Source: Amoebidium appalachense (taxonomy: Eukaryota > Protista > Ichthyosporea). Taken from it: a stretch of 64,000 bases of DNA. Location of the stretch: the NCBI GenBank assembly GCA_963693365.1, contig CAVNZM010000012.1:8126001-8190000 (forward strand). The letters are read 5' to 3'. Shown here piece by piece: positions 34,886-48,296 of the stretch (position 1 is its first letter; every line of letters begins with the position of its first letter). A program made the position numbers and the translations under genes. The notes under the pieces are model-generated. The model ran no database searches. It was not told where the DNA came from and saw nothing but the letters and a program-made list of their open reading frames with translations.

Positions 34886-35821
34886 CATACACATATTCAG
34901 CGCGCGCGCAACACTAACACACACACACACACACTCACACACACACATCGTCATATACACACACACGCATACACGCCCGCACGCATGTCGTGCACACCGT
35001 GTGCACACGTACGCGTGCACTTGGCACGTTCATTTGTACACACCGGCACACATGCTTAAATTTTGTGAGCTTATGATGCTGAATGTACCCACCTGATCAG
35101 TGCATGCATGCAAGCGGGTTCAATGAGTCGCACAGATTCCCAGGCGTACTAACACACTGAGTCTGTGACACCCTAGCTCTCGCGTTCACTCAAATTAACG
35201 GTTTCGAACACACGCACATCAGTGCATAATATGTATCAGCGCCCCTCAACTTCTCAACCCCCCGACCCACCGTGATATGTGCACGTGCACATGTGGGTCT
35301 AATATTAGCAGCTGCACATAGCGTACATCGCCGCAAATCTCGAGCTCGAGAGAACGCACGCATACATACGGCCACGGACAACTAATATATTTAGTTTTTA
35401 GTGCACATGTGCACACGCACGGCGCTGGCAGGCACACAAAAAGAGATGGGATCGAAAGGCCAAAGAAAAGACCTGTGGCAGCTCGTGGTGCACAATTTAT
35501 TTTTTGCTTAATTCTCCTGTAGCTTGCACATAGCTGACATTTATTTGCATGCCACGCCACATGCACCGCACTGTGTAGGCTAGGCCTACATACAGGCCTG
35601 CGCTCGACGTCTCGCTGCGCTCGCCCCTTGCAGCTTCAGCGAGCCCGGGCCAGGCCCCGGGCGCAGAGGCCAGTACTGCATGGTGTGGCTGCAGGTGCGC
35701 ATGCCTCCATCACGAATAGATCTATTCCCGTGCAGCTATTGGCCAACAGCCTGAATCTAAATATTACCATCTGAAGCCAAAAATAGAAAAAGGTCTTGGC
35801 CCAGAAGTCCAACCGAATGGA

Positions 35822-35829
35822 TGACGTCA
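35822..35829. promoter_or_regulatory. CRE/ATF palindrome TGACGTCA upstream of TOM5
   Basis: Perfect TGACGTCA about 118 bp upstream of the ATG, with an ATTGG box near 35738. Confidence 0.4.
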
Positions 35830-35946
35830 CAGAGACGCAATTGAGCCACATGGCCGGCGCCACACGCTCACACACACACACGAACGGTCACAAGACAGAC
35901 AGCAAGGAAAAAACGCTAGAAACCTTATTCCTCAAAAAACTTGAAA

Positions 35947-36170
35947 ATGTTCCAGTTTCCCACCCCTACCGCTGAGGAGAAGGCGCGCATGCGCGAGATG
36001 GTGTGGGGGACGGTTAAGTCTTTTGCCATCTACATCGGTCTGCTGAGGGCAGGTGTGTACGTGTTTATGTGTTCGTGCGTGTTTGTGTGTGCGTGTGCAT
36101 GTTCCTTCGCTTTTGCATGCTTGCGTGCGTGTCTGCCTGTGTGAGTGTCTGCCTGTGTGCTTGTATGAAG

Positions 36171-36213
<43 letters not shown>

Positions 36214-36677
36214 ATGTGTATGTGCATTCGTGCGGGCAGGCGAACGTGCAGGCGTGCTTTTGTGCTTGCGTGCGTGCATGACACCGTGGGTGTGGGTGTG
36301 GGTGTGGGGGTCCGTATGTGCGTGCATGTAGGGAAGTTGTTCGATACTTCGGGCCCTGCGTGTGATGCTGTGAATTATTGCTTTTCTTTTCCCCGTTGCG
36401 AGTTTTGTGCTTGGGAGGCATACGTTTTAATCCCCCCCCCCCCCCCCCCCCCCGTCTCCCCGTTCGCTGCGTCCAACACACCCCCCTTCTCCTTTTTGCT
36501 TGGCGTTTTTATTGCCTGTGCAAGCTTGCTTGGTGATGGGTGGGAGGAGATCATGTTTAGGTTGAAATGGACGGAAATGTCCAGGGTGTTACTTCGTGCT
36601 CATATATGCATGTGTTTGCTTGCGTGTGCCCATGTGGGAGTGTGTGTTCGTGGAAGGTGGAAGAAGAAGAGGTGTAT

Positions 36678-36722
<45 letters not shown>

Positions 36723-37897
36723 ATTTTGGGCCCTCTCCTTGTTTGCTTCACGGTGTCACACTGAGGCCTGAGTTCTGTGTGGAGGTTGTGCATGTTCGAG
36801 CTGATGTTGTGTGATGTTCGTGCGTGTGTAGTGTGGCCGCACGTACCGGAGTTTTGTGCCTGCAACCTTCACTTCGCTTTATTCCCTCCCCCCCCCCCCC
36901 CCTTCCCCCCTTTCCCCCCTTGTGCTTCAAGTTCTTCTTTCGTTTTTTCTACTTCCTCGCCTTCTGGTCAGGGAACAGTTGCGCTAGTGTATGTGAGTGG
37001 AAAGTGGGCAGAGTTTTCTTGGTTTTATATGCCCCCCCCGTGCTCATCCTGCTTGGGGTTACGATGTGTGTGTGCTTGTGGGTGTGGGTGTGTGGTGGGG
37101 GTGGGGGTGGTGTTGGTTGTTTTTTTCTGCGCACGGAGAGGGGGGGGGGGAAGGGTTAGGGTTACAGAACGACGGGAGTTAAGAATGTGTAGTGCTGATA
37201 TTTACCTTGCCGACCACTGACTGATCGGAGACTTACACACACAACACGTACTGTAAACACCACAAAGATACTGGCATGAACACAGGAAAACGTTTTGGCA
37301 GGATGATAATCTTGTTTTTGACTTTGTGGTTTCCCCATGGGGTGGGAGGTCTGGGGTGTGTGTGTGTGTAGGTGCAGGGGGGGGAGGGGGTATCCGACGT
37401 GGGCTTGTTGCTTCTTTGATATACTATTGAGGTTCTTGCGGTCGGAGGGGGGGGGAGGGGGGGGGGGGGGGCAGGAGGGAGAGTGTGTGTTTAAATTGTT
37501 CATGTGTGGTTGTGTTTGCTTGTTTTTTTGGGGGGGGGGTGTTGGGGGGGGGGGGGGGGGGGGGGGAGGAGGAGGTGAACTAACAAGTATTTTTTCACAT
37601 GCACTCGGCTGTCCATGAATACACACACACCAACCCCCCCCCCCCCCCCCCCCCTCCCCCTCCAAAACACACACACACATACACACACACACCTCATGTA
37701 TTACCAATGCCGCACATTTGCACATGCTCGAGCATACATGCACCTGTATACAACGAACACGCACACATACATCCATCACACACACACACTCTCACTCACT
37801 CACTCACTCACTCACACACACACACAAACGCATGCACACACACATACACACAGCACCGTATGCTATCTCCTACACTGCCGAGTTCGTCATGCACTAA
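35947..37897 (+). CDS. TOM5: Mitochondrial outer membrane translocase subunit TOM5, 2 exons, 49 aa
   Basis: Exon 1 35947-36052 and exon 2 37854-37897 (phase 1) give MFQFPTPTAEEKARMREMVWGTVKSFAIYIGLLRAAPYAISYTAEFVMH*. It matches the Tom5 pattern MF..EE.K..RE..F.IY..LLR..P, with the proline in the TM segment. Confidence 0.88.
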
Positions 37898-38239
37898 GTG
37901 TCCATCTACCGACACCCACGTGACCGACGCAAACACGTGCAACGTGATCGAGAGAACACCGCGGAAACCGAAAGAATGTGGTGCTCACCGTGCGAACCAA
38001 AGTTCAAGAATGAATACGACAAAAATGTAGATCTTTTCAATTTTCAAGGGGGGTAAGGGGGGGTCTATCTTGTTGACATAAGAGAATGATGCATGATAAC
38101 CGTTTTTAAGTGTTTACATTCACACCGTTTTTGTGAGTGGGTGCAAGGGGAGGCGTGCGTTTTGTACAAAACCGCTGGTAGAAATTTAGACCAACGTAAG
38201 GTACATGTGTAAGGAGGTCGCGGCATTATCCGGTTGGCG

Positions 38240-38435
38240 CTGTGCTGCTTAACCGCGGGAAATGATGAAATATGCAACCGTTTTCCCTGTTTGCTGTGAT
38301 ATATGCATCCTTCTTTTCCTATTTGCTGTGCTGCTTAACCGCGAAAAATGGTGCATTATGCAACCGTTTTCCCTCTTTGCTGTGCTGAGATTGATGATAT
38401 ATGCAACCGTTTTTCTTGTTTGCTGTGCTGCTAAA
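38240..38435 (+). repeat. Degenerate tandem repeat (GCTGTGCTGCTTAACCGCG...ATGCAACCGTTTTCCCT) x about 3
   Basis: ATGCAACCGTTTT at about 38272, 38358 and 38401; TGTGCTGCTTAACCGCG at about 38241 and 38327. Confidence 0.75.
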
Positions 38436-39609
38436 CCTATTTTGCTGCACTCGCTGGGTGTGAACCTCCCCCCCCCCCCCCCCCCCCTCCCCTGGGGGTG
38501 CCGCCCGCTCTCTCCGTCAGTGACACACACACTAAATATATCACATCACACCTGCCCTTCTCTGATCAATATTCAAGACGGGACCCAACCACATGCATGG
38601 TCAATGCGGTTTTGCATTCAATTAGCTCGGGTACTGTGGATGATCAATTCTTATAATGTGTCCTGTCACGGTGTGCTTTGCAGTCGGCATGGTGGTGGAT
38701 CCCGGTCCTCCGGGAGAAAAAGAGGCCTAGAGTTGAGCCTCCCCCAAGGCCTCCTAGATACAACCAGGCCTTGGCCTCCCCCCCCCCCCCCCGCCGCCGC
38801 CCGACCGCACGCGACCCAAAACACACACAAATACACACACGCGCGTGCGCGCACGCGCAACCTGCCGACGTGTGCGTATGCACACGTGTACAAAGAAGAC
38901 CAAAGATGCGAAAACATCGCAATGATGTGCAGTGCAATCGAGAGCGTACGTGTGGAAACGTAACAAAAAGAAGCTTTGCACTTGCACAACAGCCTCGATC
39001 GCATGCGGGCATTCACATGTGTACGTGCGCTTGCAATCGCGGGTCTGGGGTGTGGTAGGCAGGCCTTGCATGCACGCACAACCATGTATTCACATTCACG
39101 CCGGACAACACAATGCAGATATTGCATTGCGTACGCATAAGCTTAGGAGTATGCAAGGGTGCACTCAGTAGCGCTAGCAGAGCCCATTCTGTGTATGTGT
39201 GCTCGTGTGCACGTGTGTGTGTGGAAGAAGGGGGGAGGGGGGGGGGGGGGGGGGGGGGGAAGGGACGGGACGGGAATGGCTGTGTAACAGTTTTGTCCAT
39301 GTATTCTCTCGTGATCACCCATGTCCACACACACTCAGGGGCATGCATTGTGTGCCTGCTTTTATGCAAAAACGACAATGTAGGCGATTCATAAGGAATA
39401 TCGAGCACACTCAACTTTATTGTCTGCTTAACCAACCCATACTAATACCGTTGTTACCCGGTCACCGCTGGAAACACAGAACAGGAATATACGATCGTAA
39501 TAAGCTAACACTAACACTAAGACGGTAGCCTATGGAGGCAATCCAAGGCAATATGGTATTTTCTTTCTCGTATTCGCATAATTTACGGAAAAGTCCGAGC
39601 TGGGGGGAT

Positions 39610-39943
39610 TTAACCGCTGCTCTCGGGGATATCAGTGACGAACTTCTTGGTGGTGGCGTTGTATTTCGAGCGGAACTGCTCAGGAATGGGGTGCTCCACC
39701 TGCGAAATTTCAAAATTTCATCAGTGCGAAGTCTTGCTTCCCTTTTTCACTCTGACCATTTGTACGGACCATATTCACCACCAGATTTTACTCATTCATC
39801 TATGCCTTTGACGACCCACCCTCGTGGTAGAATACATAGTAACCATTATGTGTACAAGTGTATGGGGCTTGGAGAGAAAACATTCAGCAAAAACGAGAGA
39901 GCTCGAGTGACTTATTCATGTGACGGTAGGCGCAAGGGCAAAT

Positions 39944-40000
<57 letters not shown>

Positions 40001-41635
40001 TTATCCCTCTTTTCTTTCTTTTTTTTCCTTTTCCTTTTCTTTTCTTTTCTTTTCTTTCTTCTTCTTTTTTTTTTTTTTTTTTTTTGGGGGGGGGGGGGGG
40101 GGGGAGGGAACGGGGGGAGGGGGGATTCTTTACCATGTCGGCATCGGGGGTTGCACCTGGGACGGAGATGTTCATCTCCGAGCTCTTAGCGGAGAAGATT
40201 TCACAGGCCAGACTGTCGGCACTGAGGTAGATATGCACACCGTCGGTCTTGTCGATGTTGACCAGTGGCACGGTCTTGAGCACCTGTGTGCCATGCCTGT
40301 GTCAGGGGTTGTGGCTGGAAGGAAACCATGGGGATATTGGTACTAGAGGTGTCTTACCCCCATCAGATACCTCCTATCACCTCGACAGAGCACACACGCA
40401 CACCATTGCCCCCCCCCCCCCCCCCCCCCCCCCCCCAAAACACACACACCACCACCACCACATGCACACACGGCCCTCCCACCATCACAGATTATGTAAC
40501 GTAGAGCCACTTGAACAGTCAGAAGTCTTCATATCAGGATCGGATACAATGATGCAGGTGTGTGAGAGCTTGTAGGCATCCCACACATCGAGTATTTGGG
40601 GTACGAAATCAAGACATACCTGGACTTGCACACTCTGGCAGTTGACAATTTCGAACCCTGCAACGGTGGTGTCGAACACAACAGCGGTCTGGGGTGAATT
40701 GGTTAGATTTGATTGGTCGGACAGGAGATTGGCGCAAGTTGATTGACAGGTAAAGGATGGAAGTGATGAGGAGGGATATTGTCCCAAAAAGCGATGTGTG
40801 GGAACATCCATATGCACGAACTATTCATTCACCACAAAAAGTAGCCCATACACCATGCTTGTGTGTGTGTGATGATGTAGTGATGAAAATAGAATGTGGT
40901 ACTTCTATGTGCACGTGTGAGATGGTGGTCCTGCTGGTGTTGAGGTGTGTGTATGCACGTACGTATGGCCATGGATGTGTGTGCAGGTTGGGGGGGGGGG
41001 GGGGGGGGGGGGGAGGGGGGGGGGGTGGGGGGGGAAGAAGGAGAAAAGGGAAGACGAGGGGAAGGAAGAGGGGGGGGGGGGGGGAGGGGGGGGTAGTGCT
41101 GTACGTGATCAAGAGTTGTGCCTGCACCAAGATTGCATATTGGCTATACTTTGTGTCCACACACACATGCATGCACAAAGGGTGGCAAGGTTAGGCAACG
41201 GCTGAAGACAACGGGCTAGGTGGAAGAAACGCGGGTAGGTGTGGTAGATGCATCACCTGAGTCTATTCAAAAGTGTGTGCGTTGATGGTGATGCTGTACA
41301 TGTGAGGTGTGTGTGTGCGCACGCTTGCGTGTGCGTCCGTGCGCGCGTGTGTGTGTGTGTATGGTGGGAGGTGGGTGGTGGTGGTGGTGGTGGTGGTGTG
41401 TTGGTGGTGTGGTGGTGGTGGTTGGGGGAAGGGGGGGGGGGGAAAGCAAAACCTTTTTGCAGCTGTCCAGGACAATGGAGTTGACCTTCTTGTTGATCTT
41501 GATGACCGACCCAGTGCACTTGTAGATGTAGACCGTCTGTGCATGCAGCCAATGAGCCAATGAGGATACGAGACATGCCTGTGCATGAGGGAGTGCCCAG
41601 TATGGCCACATAGTGAAGGGCACCCTTAACACACA

Positions 41636-41682
<47 letters not shown>

Positions 41683-42423
41683 ACACACACACCAAAAAAA
41701 CAAAACAAAAAAAAAAAACCGTGATTCCCTCCACCCTTTTTGCCAACTTCCTACCGGACGTGTGTGTGTGTAAAAAGGGACGTGGATCCCCGGGGGGGGG
41801 GGGGGGGTTTGAATGCGTCAAAAAGTACGAAGTACACAAGAACAAACGGATAACACGATGCAGAATAAAGCCATACATAAAGAGTATGCATAATAAGCAG
41901 AGCCCATCCTCAGGGGGGGCCCACGTCATCCACAGTACCCGAGTTTCGACCTTATTCACCTCGTTAACGAAACCCAACTCAGATACTGTTTCACTTGAAC
42001 ATGGGTAGGTCACCCGTCTTGATCAGAGACGAGCAGGGTTGCTTATGCAGGCAAGGGCAGTGGGAAAGGCCGGGAGTTGAAGTTGCAGCAGTAAGCAGAA
42101 GGAAGAAAAATATAGATAGGAACTCAGGAGACGGGGCTTCTAGGAAGCTCCCCCGTCGATACCTAAGTCGATACTTCCCTGGCTAACACACTACACCAGC
42201 TAAAAAGAATTAAGTCCCGAAGGCCGCAGAATTCGCAATCAGAGGGGAAAATATGAGATTTGACCCACGCCGCAGGGTAGTAACACGCTTACTAGGGCGG
42301 AACTTTATCGTCTTCGAACGGAAAGCTATGCCCCTGGATGTCAGCCGGAAATATGGTATCACCCATTGCTTTGGGCTTGAAAAAAGCCAAACCGATAGTC
42401 CGAGTTATGTTACGCCGGCGGGT

Positions 42424-42460
<37 letters not shown>

Positions 42461-42564
42461 AGAAGGAGACGTCAATCAAAGGGGGAAGGGGAAGAGTGAT
42501 CTGGTGTGTGTGGCGGGACCAGGGGTGGTGGCATGTATGTGTGTGTATGTGTGAGAATGTGTAT

Positions 42565-42605
<41 letters not shown>

Positions 42606-43587
42606 GGGTGGGATGATGCCCACGGTGCGTTACAGAGTACGATGTGCACATGTAAAACGTTATCCAGACAGCACCGAGGAGGAGGAGGGGGGGGGGGGGG
42701 GGTTTGAATGCGTCAAAAAGTACGAAGTACACAAGAACAAAAGGATAACACGATGCAGAATGCAAGCCATACATAAAGAGTATGCATAATAAGCAGAGCC
42801 CATCCTCAGGGGGGGCCCACGTCATCCACAGTACCCGAGTTTCGACCTATTCCCCTCGTTAACGAAACCCAACTCAGATACTGTTGGGGTTTGAATGCGG
42901 AACACGGTACGAAGTACGCATACACGATGAGAAGCATGGTGCAGGACACATGCAATGGCAAACATTTAAGTATGCAACATCAGCCATGCGCACAGTATGC
43001 GTCATAAGCAGAACCCATCCTCAGGGAGGGCCCAAGTCATCAATTGCGTCTGAGTTTCAACCCCTTAGCCCGCGTATATACGACTCTCCAACTCAGACAG
43101 CAGCATCAACTGAACTTGGGGGGGTGCAGGGGGGGGGGGGGGGGGGGATGATGCCCGCAAGTGTGTGCGTGTGTGTGTGTGTGTCTGTGTGTCTGTGTGT
43201 GTGTCTGTGTGTGTGTATGCATGTGTGCGTCTGCATGTGTTGCTGGTGATGGTGATGGTAGGGGTGCCGGTGCCGGTGACGGTAATGGTAGTGGTGGTGG
43301 TGCGAGAGAGTGTGTATGGGTCGGTTGGGACGAGGGGGGGAGGGGAGGGGGGGGGGGGGGGGGAGGAGAGATGAACCTGAGACATGTCGCAGTCATCAAT
43401 GACCACGTCCTTGTTGTTGTCCTGCCACTCGACCTTCCACTTCTTCCCGTCCAGCTCACACATGGGTGTGCCCTTGACCTCCTTGCCAGCGGCTTTGGCT
43501 GGTGCTGATGCGTAATTAACAATCAGCAAGGCAGTGTGTGATGTGATGTCGATGTCTACAGCTCGCGTAATGTGATGCATCCATCCT

Positions 43588-43621
<34 letters not shown>

Positions 43622-43799
43622 CCCCTCCCCCCCTCCCACACACACATCAAAGAAATATCCACATGACTTTAATATAAGTCCTTTATCCCCCCCCCTCCCC
43701 CCCCCCCCCCCCCCCCCTACCCCCACGTTGCGCTCTTCATTCCCAAGTACCTGCAAACTGAATCTTACATAAGTCCTTTGTTCTGCCCCCCCCCCTCCC

Positions 43800-43830
<31 letters not shown>

Positions 43831-45320
43831 CCCCCACGTTGCTCCCTTTCTTCCCAACCTACACGAAAACGTGTCCTAGCGATAGCTTTACAAGTCTGCG
43901 TGTGTATGCATGAACACAGGTTCAGATAAGCCAATAACCAGGTGCCCTTCACAACCCCCTGGTGCTCAAGGGTGGGTGAGCAAAAGTGGAAAAAGCGGGA
44001 AGTGCAGGAGGTTTTGCCTTGGTTGAAATAGGTAAAATGGCAATGCTGGCCGTGCAGGAAGGGGGGAGGGGAGGGAGGGGGAGGGGCGGGGGTGATGTGG
44101 TCTCGAAATACACCATTTGCTTGCTGAAATGGATGTGTATGTACATTTAGCAGACATGCTACCACGAACCTGCTTTTGGCTTGATCTCATCTGCTTTGAC
44201 AACAGATGAGGCGCGGAGCTCAGGGTTCTTGTGTGTCATCTGTGACTTGTCGACCTTCTTCAAACCGGACGTAATGGCCGTGCCCTGCATGCACATTGTC
44301 GGTACGCACCACTCAATCACCCGCTCACACACGTGCCATTCCAACCACAAAAATGCAATATTACCCACAATCGTTTCATGCAACCCTCCAATAACATCCA
44401 TACAATCACACGCACAGACACACACACACACACACACGCGCGCGTGCGCGCTCGCGCACCCAGTCACACCATGAATGACATACACCCATATGCCAATCTA
44501 GCCACCGTTATACAAACCATCCCACCCACCCACAAGTATGCGAAACATATCATCGACCCACATGCAACGAGAACTACCCCCCCCCCCCCCCCCACCAACC
44601 CCCATCCATTACCTTGCTGAGCTCAGCAAACAGTGCGGCAGTTGCAGGCTTGTCGTTGCTTGGGCCTGCAGCAGGCAGCACCACGGGTGGTGGGGGTGGG
44701 CCAGGGGGTGGGGGGGGACCACGGGGTCCAGGTCCGGCAGGCTTGGCTGGGGCAGCGGCTGCTGGTGCCGCACCAGCTGCAGCCTTTGCATCTCCACCCT
44801 GTGTTTGTGGTCTGGGTCAGAAGTGCCTGATGTGCCACACACACACACACAGGTATGATAACGTCGAAGTAATCTCATTATTCACCTCTGCACCACGCCA
44901 ATCCCCTCCCCCCTCCCAAAAAGGGTTCTTTTCTGGTACACGGGCTTTCCATTTCACGTTCCCGCAAAAGAAAGCTGTTGGTAACGTGCCTCCCGAAGAG
45001 GATGAGACTGCTGCCACGAACAGAACTGCAACTGTTTCCTCCAAAAAATAATTCGCAACCACAGGCACTTCTGGTCCCTCTGTCCATCACCTACCCCCCT
45101 CCCCCCCCCCCCCCCCCCCCCGAGATACTATATTAGCCTCAAGCACACATTCCTTATGAACACGCATCCCTTCTGTTCTTTGCTAATTCCTCCCTCCCTC
45201 CGCCCCCCCTAACACCAAACCCCTCCACATCACACTCCCATCCCCTGACCAGGATCGTCTAATTGAAAGAAAGCAGGGGAGGCATGGTGAGGCATGGTGA
45301 GGCATGGTGTGTGTGTGTGT

Positions 45321-45351
<31 letters not shown>

Positions 45352-46954
45352 CATGCGCGCCGGGGAGGGGGGAAGGAGGGAGGGGGGAGGGGGGAGGGGG
45401 GGGGGGGGGGATGGCCAGGGAAGGCAGAGGCGAGTGTATGTGTGGGTGTTTAGGGGGGAGGTTGCTGAGGTTCTAGAACGCCTTGGGGGGGGGGGGGGGG
45501 GGGGGGAGGGGGGGGGAAGGAGCACTGTCCATATAACAGCATGTGAGAGGTCACACGGCAACATCAAGTAACACATCAGTGGGTCTATTGTTAGTTAGAA
45601 AAAAAGGAGTTAAAGGTGGCGGGGGGGAGGGGGGGAGACATGGTTGTGCTCAGACTTTCCATTCTATTTCATTTGAAGCTAATCAGGATTCATACCTTGG
45701 GATTCCAGGTAAGACCCGTCGTGTGGAATTTTTTGACATACTCCTGCATGGTGGCAAAAATGGCCTTGTAATTGCGTGCCCATTCCACATGTGCAGCATC
45801 GCTGTAGAGTAAGAGTTATCAGGTACTACCCAGAATGCATTCCCGGCAAGGGTTTAGCAAGCAAAGGGTTGGGGGGAACAAGTGCGTGTTGCAGGTAGCA
45901 CACTAAATGACACTGTGCAGAATGTTTGCAGGCAAGACGAAAGAGAGTTGTGGACGTGTGTGTGTGTGTGTGTGTGTGTGTTGAAGGGTGGGTGCGGGGA
46001 GGGGAGGGGGGGGGATTATGTGAGCAGGCAGACGGGCAGAGTCTGGGTTAGAGAGAGCAACAAACATCATCCTGTATAGACGAAGGGGAGGGGTAAGGGG
46101 CACGAGAAAGAAGGAGATGTGTGTGCTTGATAGAGTGTGAGGCCATATTGTAGAAGCAAAGCAGCCTCATGCTGTGTAAAGGAATAGTAACACGGGGACA
46201 GACTAAACGAATGTGCAGTACAGGTCATACACAAGGGGGGGGGGGGGGGGGGGGGAGGGGGCAAGGGGGGAGGTGGGGGCGGGGGGGAGGGGGAGGGGGG
46301 GAGTGGCAGGGAGGGGATGGGGACTCACGTGTCCTTGAAATCCTTGATTACGCGGTTGCCATAGAACTCTGCAGCATCGGCCATCTCCTTGACAAAGGGG
46401 GCAGGCTTGGGGGTCTGCAAATACACCGGTCACGAGTTAAGCCCAACTACTTAAACTCGCATGTCCTCAATGCGCATGCAAGGGCAACTTACAATGGTAA
46501 CCCAGCCGAGGGCAGGAATACCCTCGCACACGGTGGCCAGATGGTTGGGGAACTTCGTTTTGCGGTTCTCCTTTGCATCTCTAAAACCTGCAACAGCGCC
46601 GATAGCATCGGAGAGGGGCTTAAGAAGGGCGGGGACATCAGCGTCCGCAGGTTTCTGGGACTTGCTGGCAAGACGGATGTAGTCCCTCTGTGCCTCAACC
46701 GCCTTCTTCACAAGCTCTGCGTGGGCAGCCACCTCCCCACCAATCTTGTTAGCCGACGCCACGAAAGCAGCAACCTCGTTATTGATAATCTTCTCAAAAG
46801 CCTCTACGCTAGGAGCGACCGAGTCGTCTACTGGGCCGGTAGCGGCAGCAGCCGGGGCGGAAGCAGCCGGAGCCCCAGCCCCTCCTGCGAGAGACTCAAG
46901 CTTGGCTGTGGCCGCCTCCAGGCGCTTTAGAAGGGCAGCTAGATCAGAAGACAT
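39610..46954 (-). CDS. CAP1: Adenylyl cyclase-associated protein (CAP/Srv2), 10 exons, about 491 aa
   Basis: Exons 46954-46493, 46414-46329, 45801-45696, 44798-44613, 44284-44170, 43504-43377, 41536-41453, 40688-40620, 40283-40134 and 39699-39610; all GT-AG with consistent phases. Motifs [38 protein letters not shown], poly-Pro, [22 protein letters not shown] (WH2), and the CARP domain (GKKWKVE, IDKTDG, KSSEMN, PIPEQF). Confidence 0.97.
41804..43120 (-). mobile_element. Cluster of dispersed repeat subfamily B: near-identical about 185-bp direct repeats (41804-41990, 42699-42885) plus an abutting diverged copy (42886-43120)
   Basis: The two direct repeats differ by only a few bases. On the minus strand they read GGTCGAAACTCGGGTAC...CCCTGAGGATGGGCTCTGCTTATTATGCATAC...GTACTTCGTAC...CATTCAAACCCC. 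Related plus-strand copies at about 11870-11970, 18196-18305, 25872-26004, 30658-30781, 49465-49550 and 49687-49778. Confidence 0.75.
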
Positions 46955-48296
46955 GTTTGCAATGAAGCTCTCCCTGTGGAAAATAGTGTTGTTAGCGTGT
47001 GAGTGTTGTAAGAAAGAAAGGAAAATTGCTATTAAAGCGAAGGTGTGGCCAAGTGGCCTCTGGAACTTGCATGCTTTACGTTTCCTGTGTGTGCAGTGAG
47101 GCAAAGTTATCTCATCTGAACGTCTGTTTGCTCCCCACAATTTCACAAAAGTGCTTTGCTCCTTCGATCAAGTATCTTTTTTCAAGATCCTGGGTCACTA
47201 AGCTCAGCCGTTTTACGTCTCTCTCCTTTCTCTCTTCTCCAACTCGAGGGCTTTGTCCGACCCTAAAAAAACTTGAACCCATCTGAGGCCAGCAGGCAAA
47301 TAACCATCCCAGGGTTTTACTAACTAACAACCACAAACTTCTTTCAGTGCAAGATACAGAGTTGACGGAGACCAGATATTATTTGGTAAATCGTGTTCCA
47401 ATCAATTTACCTCGTGTTCTTTTCGTTTTGGAGAGCGAGAGACTACAGGAACGGGAAAAGGTGGAATCCGTGTTTCTGTGTGGCCGTCTGTGTGGGATTT
47501 TTGTATCACGGAACCCAGTGACAAACCAGAGCGCAGCAAAAATTCAAGCGATTCACTTGTATCAGAACCAGTTAGTTACTTCTAGACTGAAATTATCCAC
47601 AAAAGCATTGATGAAATTTTATTATTACTTTTTGCTTTTTTTATATATGTTTTTCGCCCTTTTATGCTTCACACTTACTTATTTGTCTCTATATCAAAAT
47701 TTTCCGGAGGCGCTCCAAAGTGTTGGGTGAGCAGCCAATCAGATTTCTAAAGGTAACTAAAAGGTTTTTGGGACCTGCCATATATGGCAGGAGCTTTCTG
47801 GCCGCCCAGCGACCGGCTTTCGGGTCGAATCGCTTCGAGAATCGGTTTTGCCCGGCTCGGATCATTCGACTCGAAAGCGATTATTGCGATCGCTGCGATC
47901 GCAAAGATCAACTGGTGCGGCACACACAAGTCACCATCGGACTCCGTTGGCGCGCGTGATAACGGCAACATCAAAGAAAAATATAATTGGTTTTTGAAAG
48001 ACCATAAACAGGCTATTATTTGTGTAAATAACTTAAGATTTTGAAGTAATTGTTATGCCCTTTTAAAGCATTAATGTCAGCTGCACCTGTTAACAGGGAA
48101 AACAAAAGTTTGGCCATCCATGTGTCATCAATACCGCACACCAGTACGAGTTCAGTTTGGTACGAAGGTTTTCCTTTTCCTTTTTGTGGGCTGGGTTTGC
48201 TTTTCCTGTTTCCAGTTTTCCGTTTTCCGCTTTCCGTTTGAGTTTTTCTTTACACATTCACAAACGTTTATTGCCTTTCCTCACTCTCTCATCAAC

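Noticed and set aside
35696-35705. NRF1-like TGCGCATGC upstream of TOM5
   Set aside because: Only a partial match, and similar words arise often in the CA/CG/TG repeats here.
38684-38730. Alternative second exon for TOM5 (VGMVVDPGPPGEKEA)
   Set aside because: The exon at 37854 supplies the conserved TM proline (APY) and fits Tom5 better.
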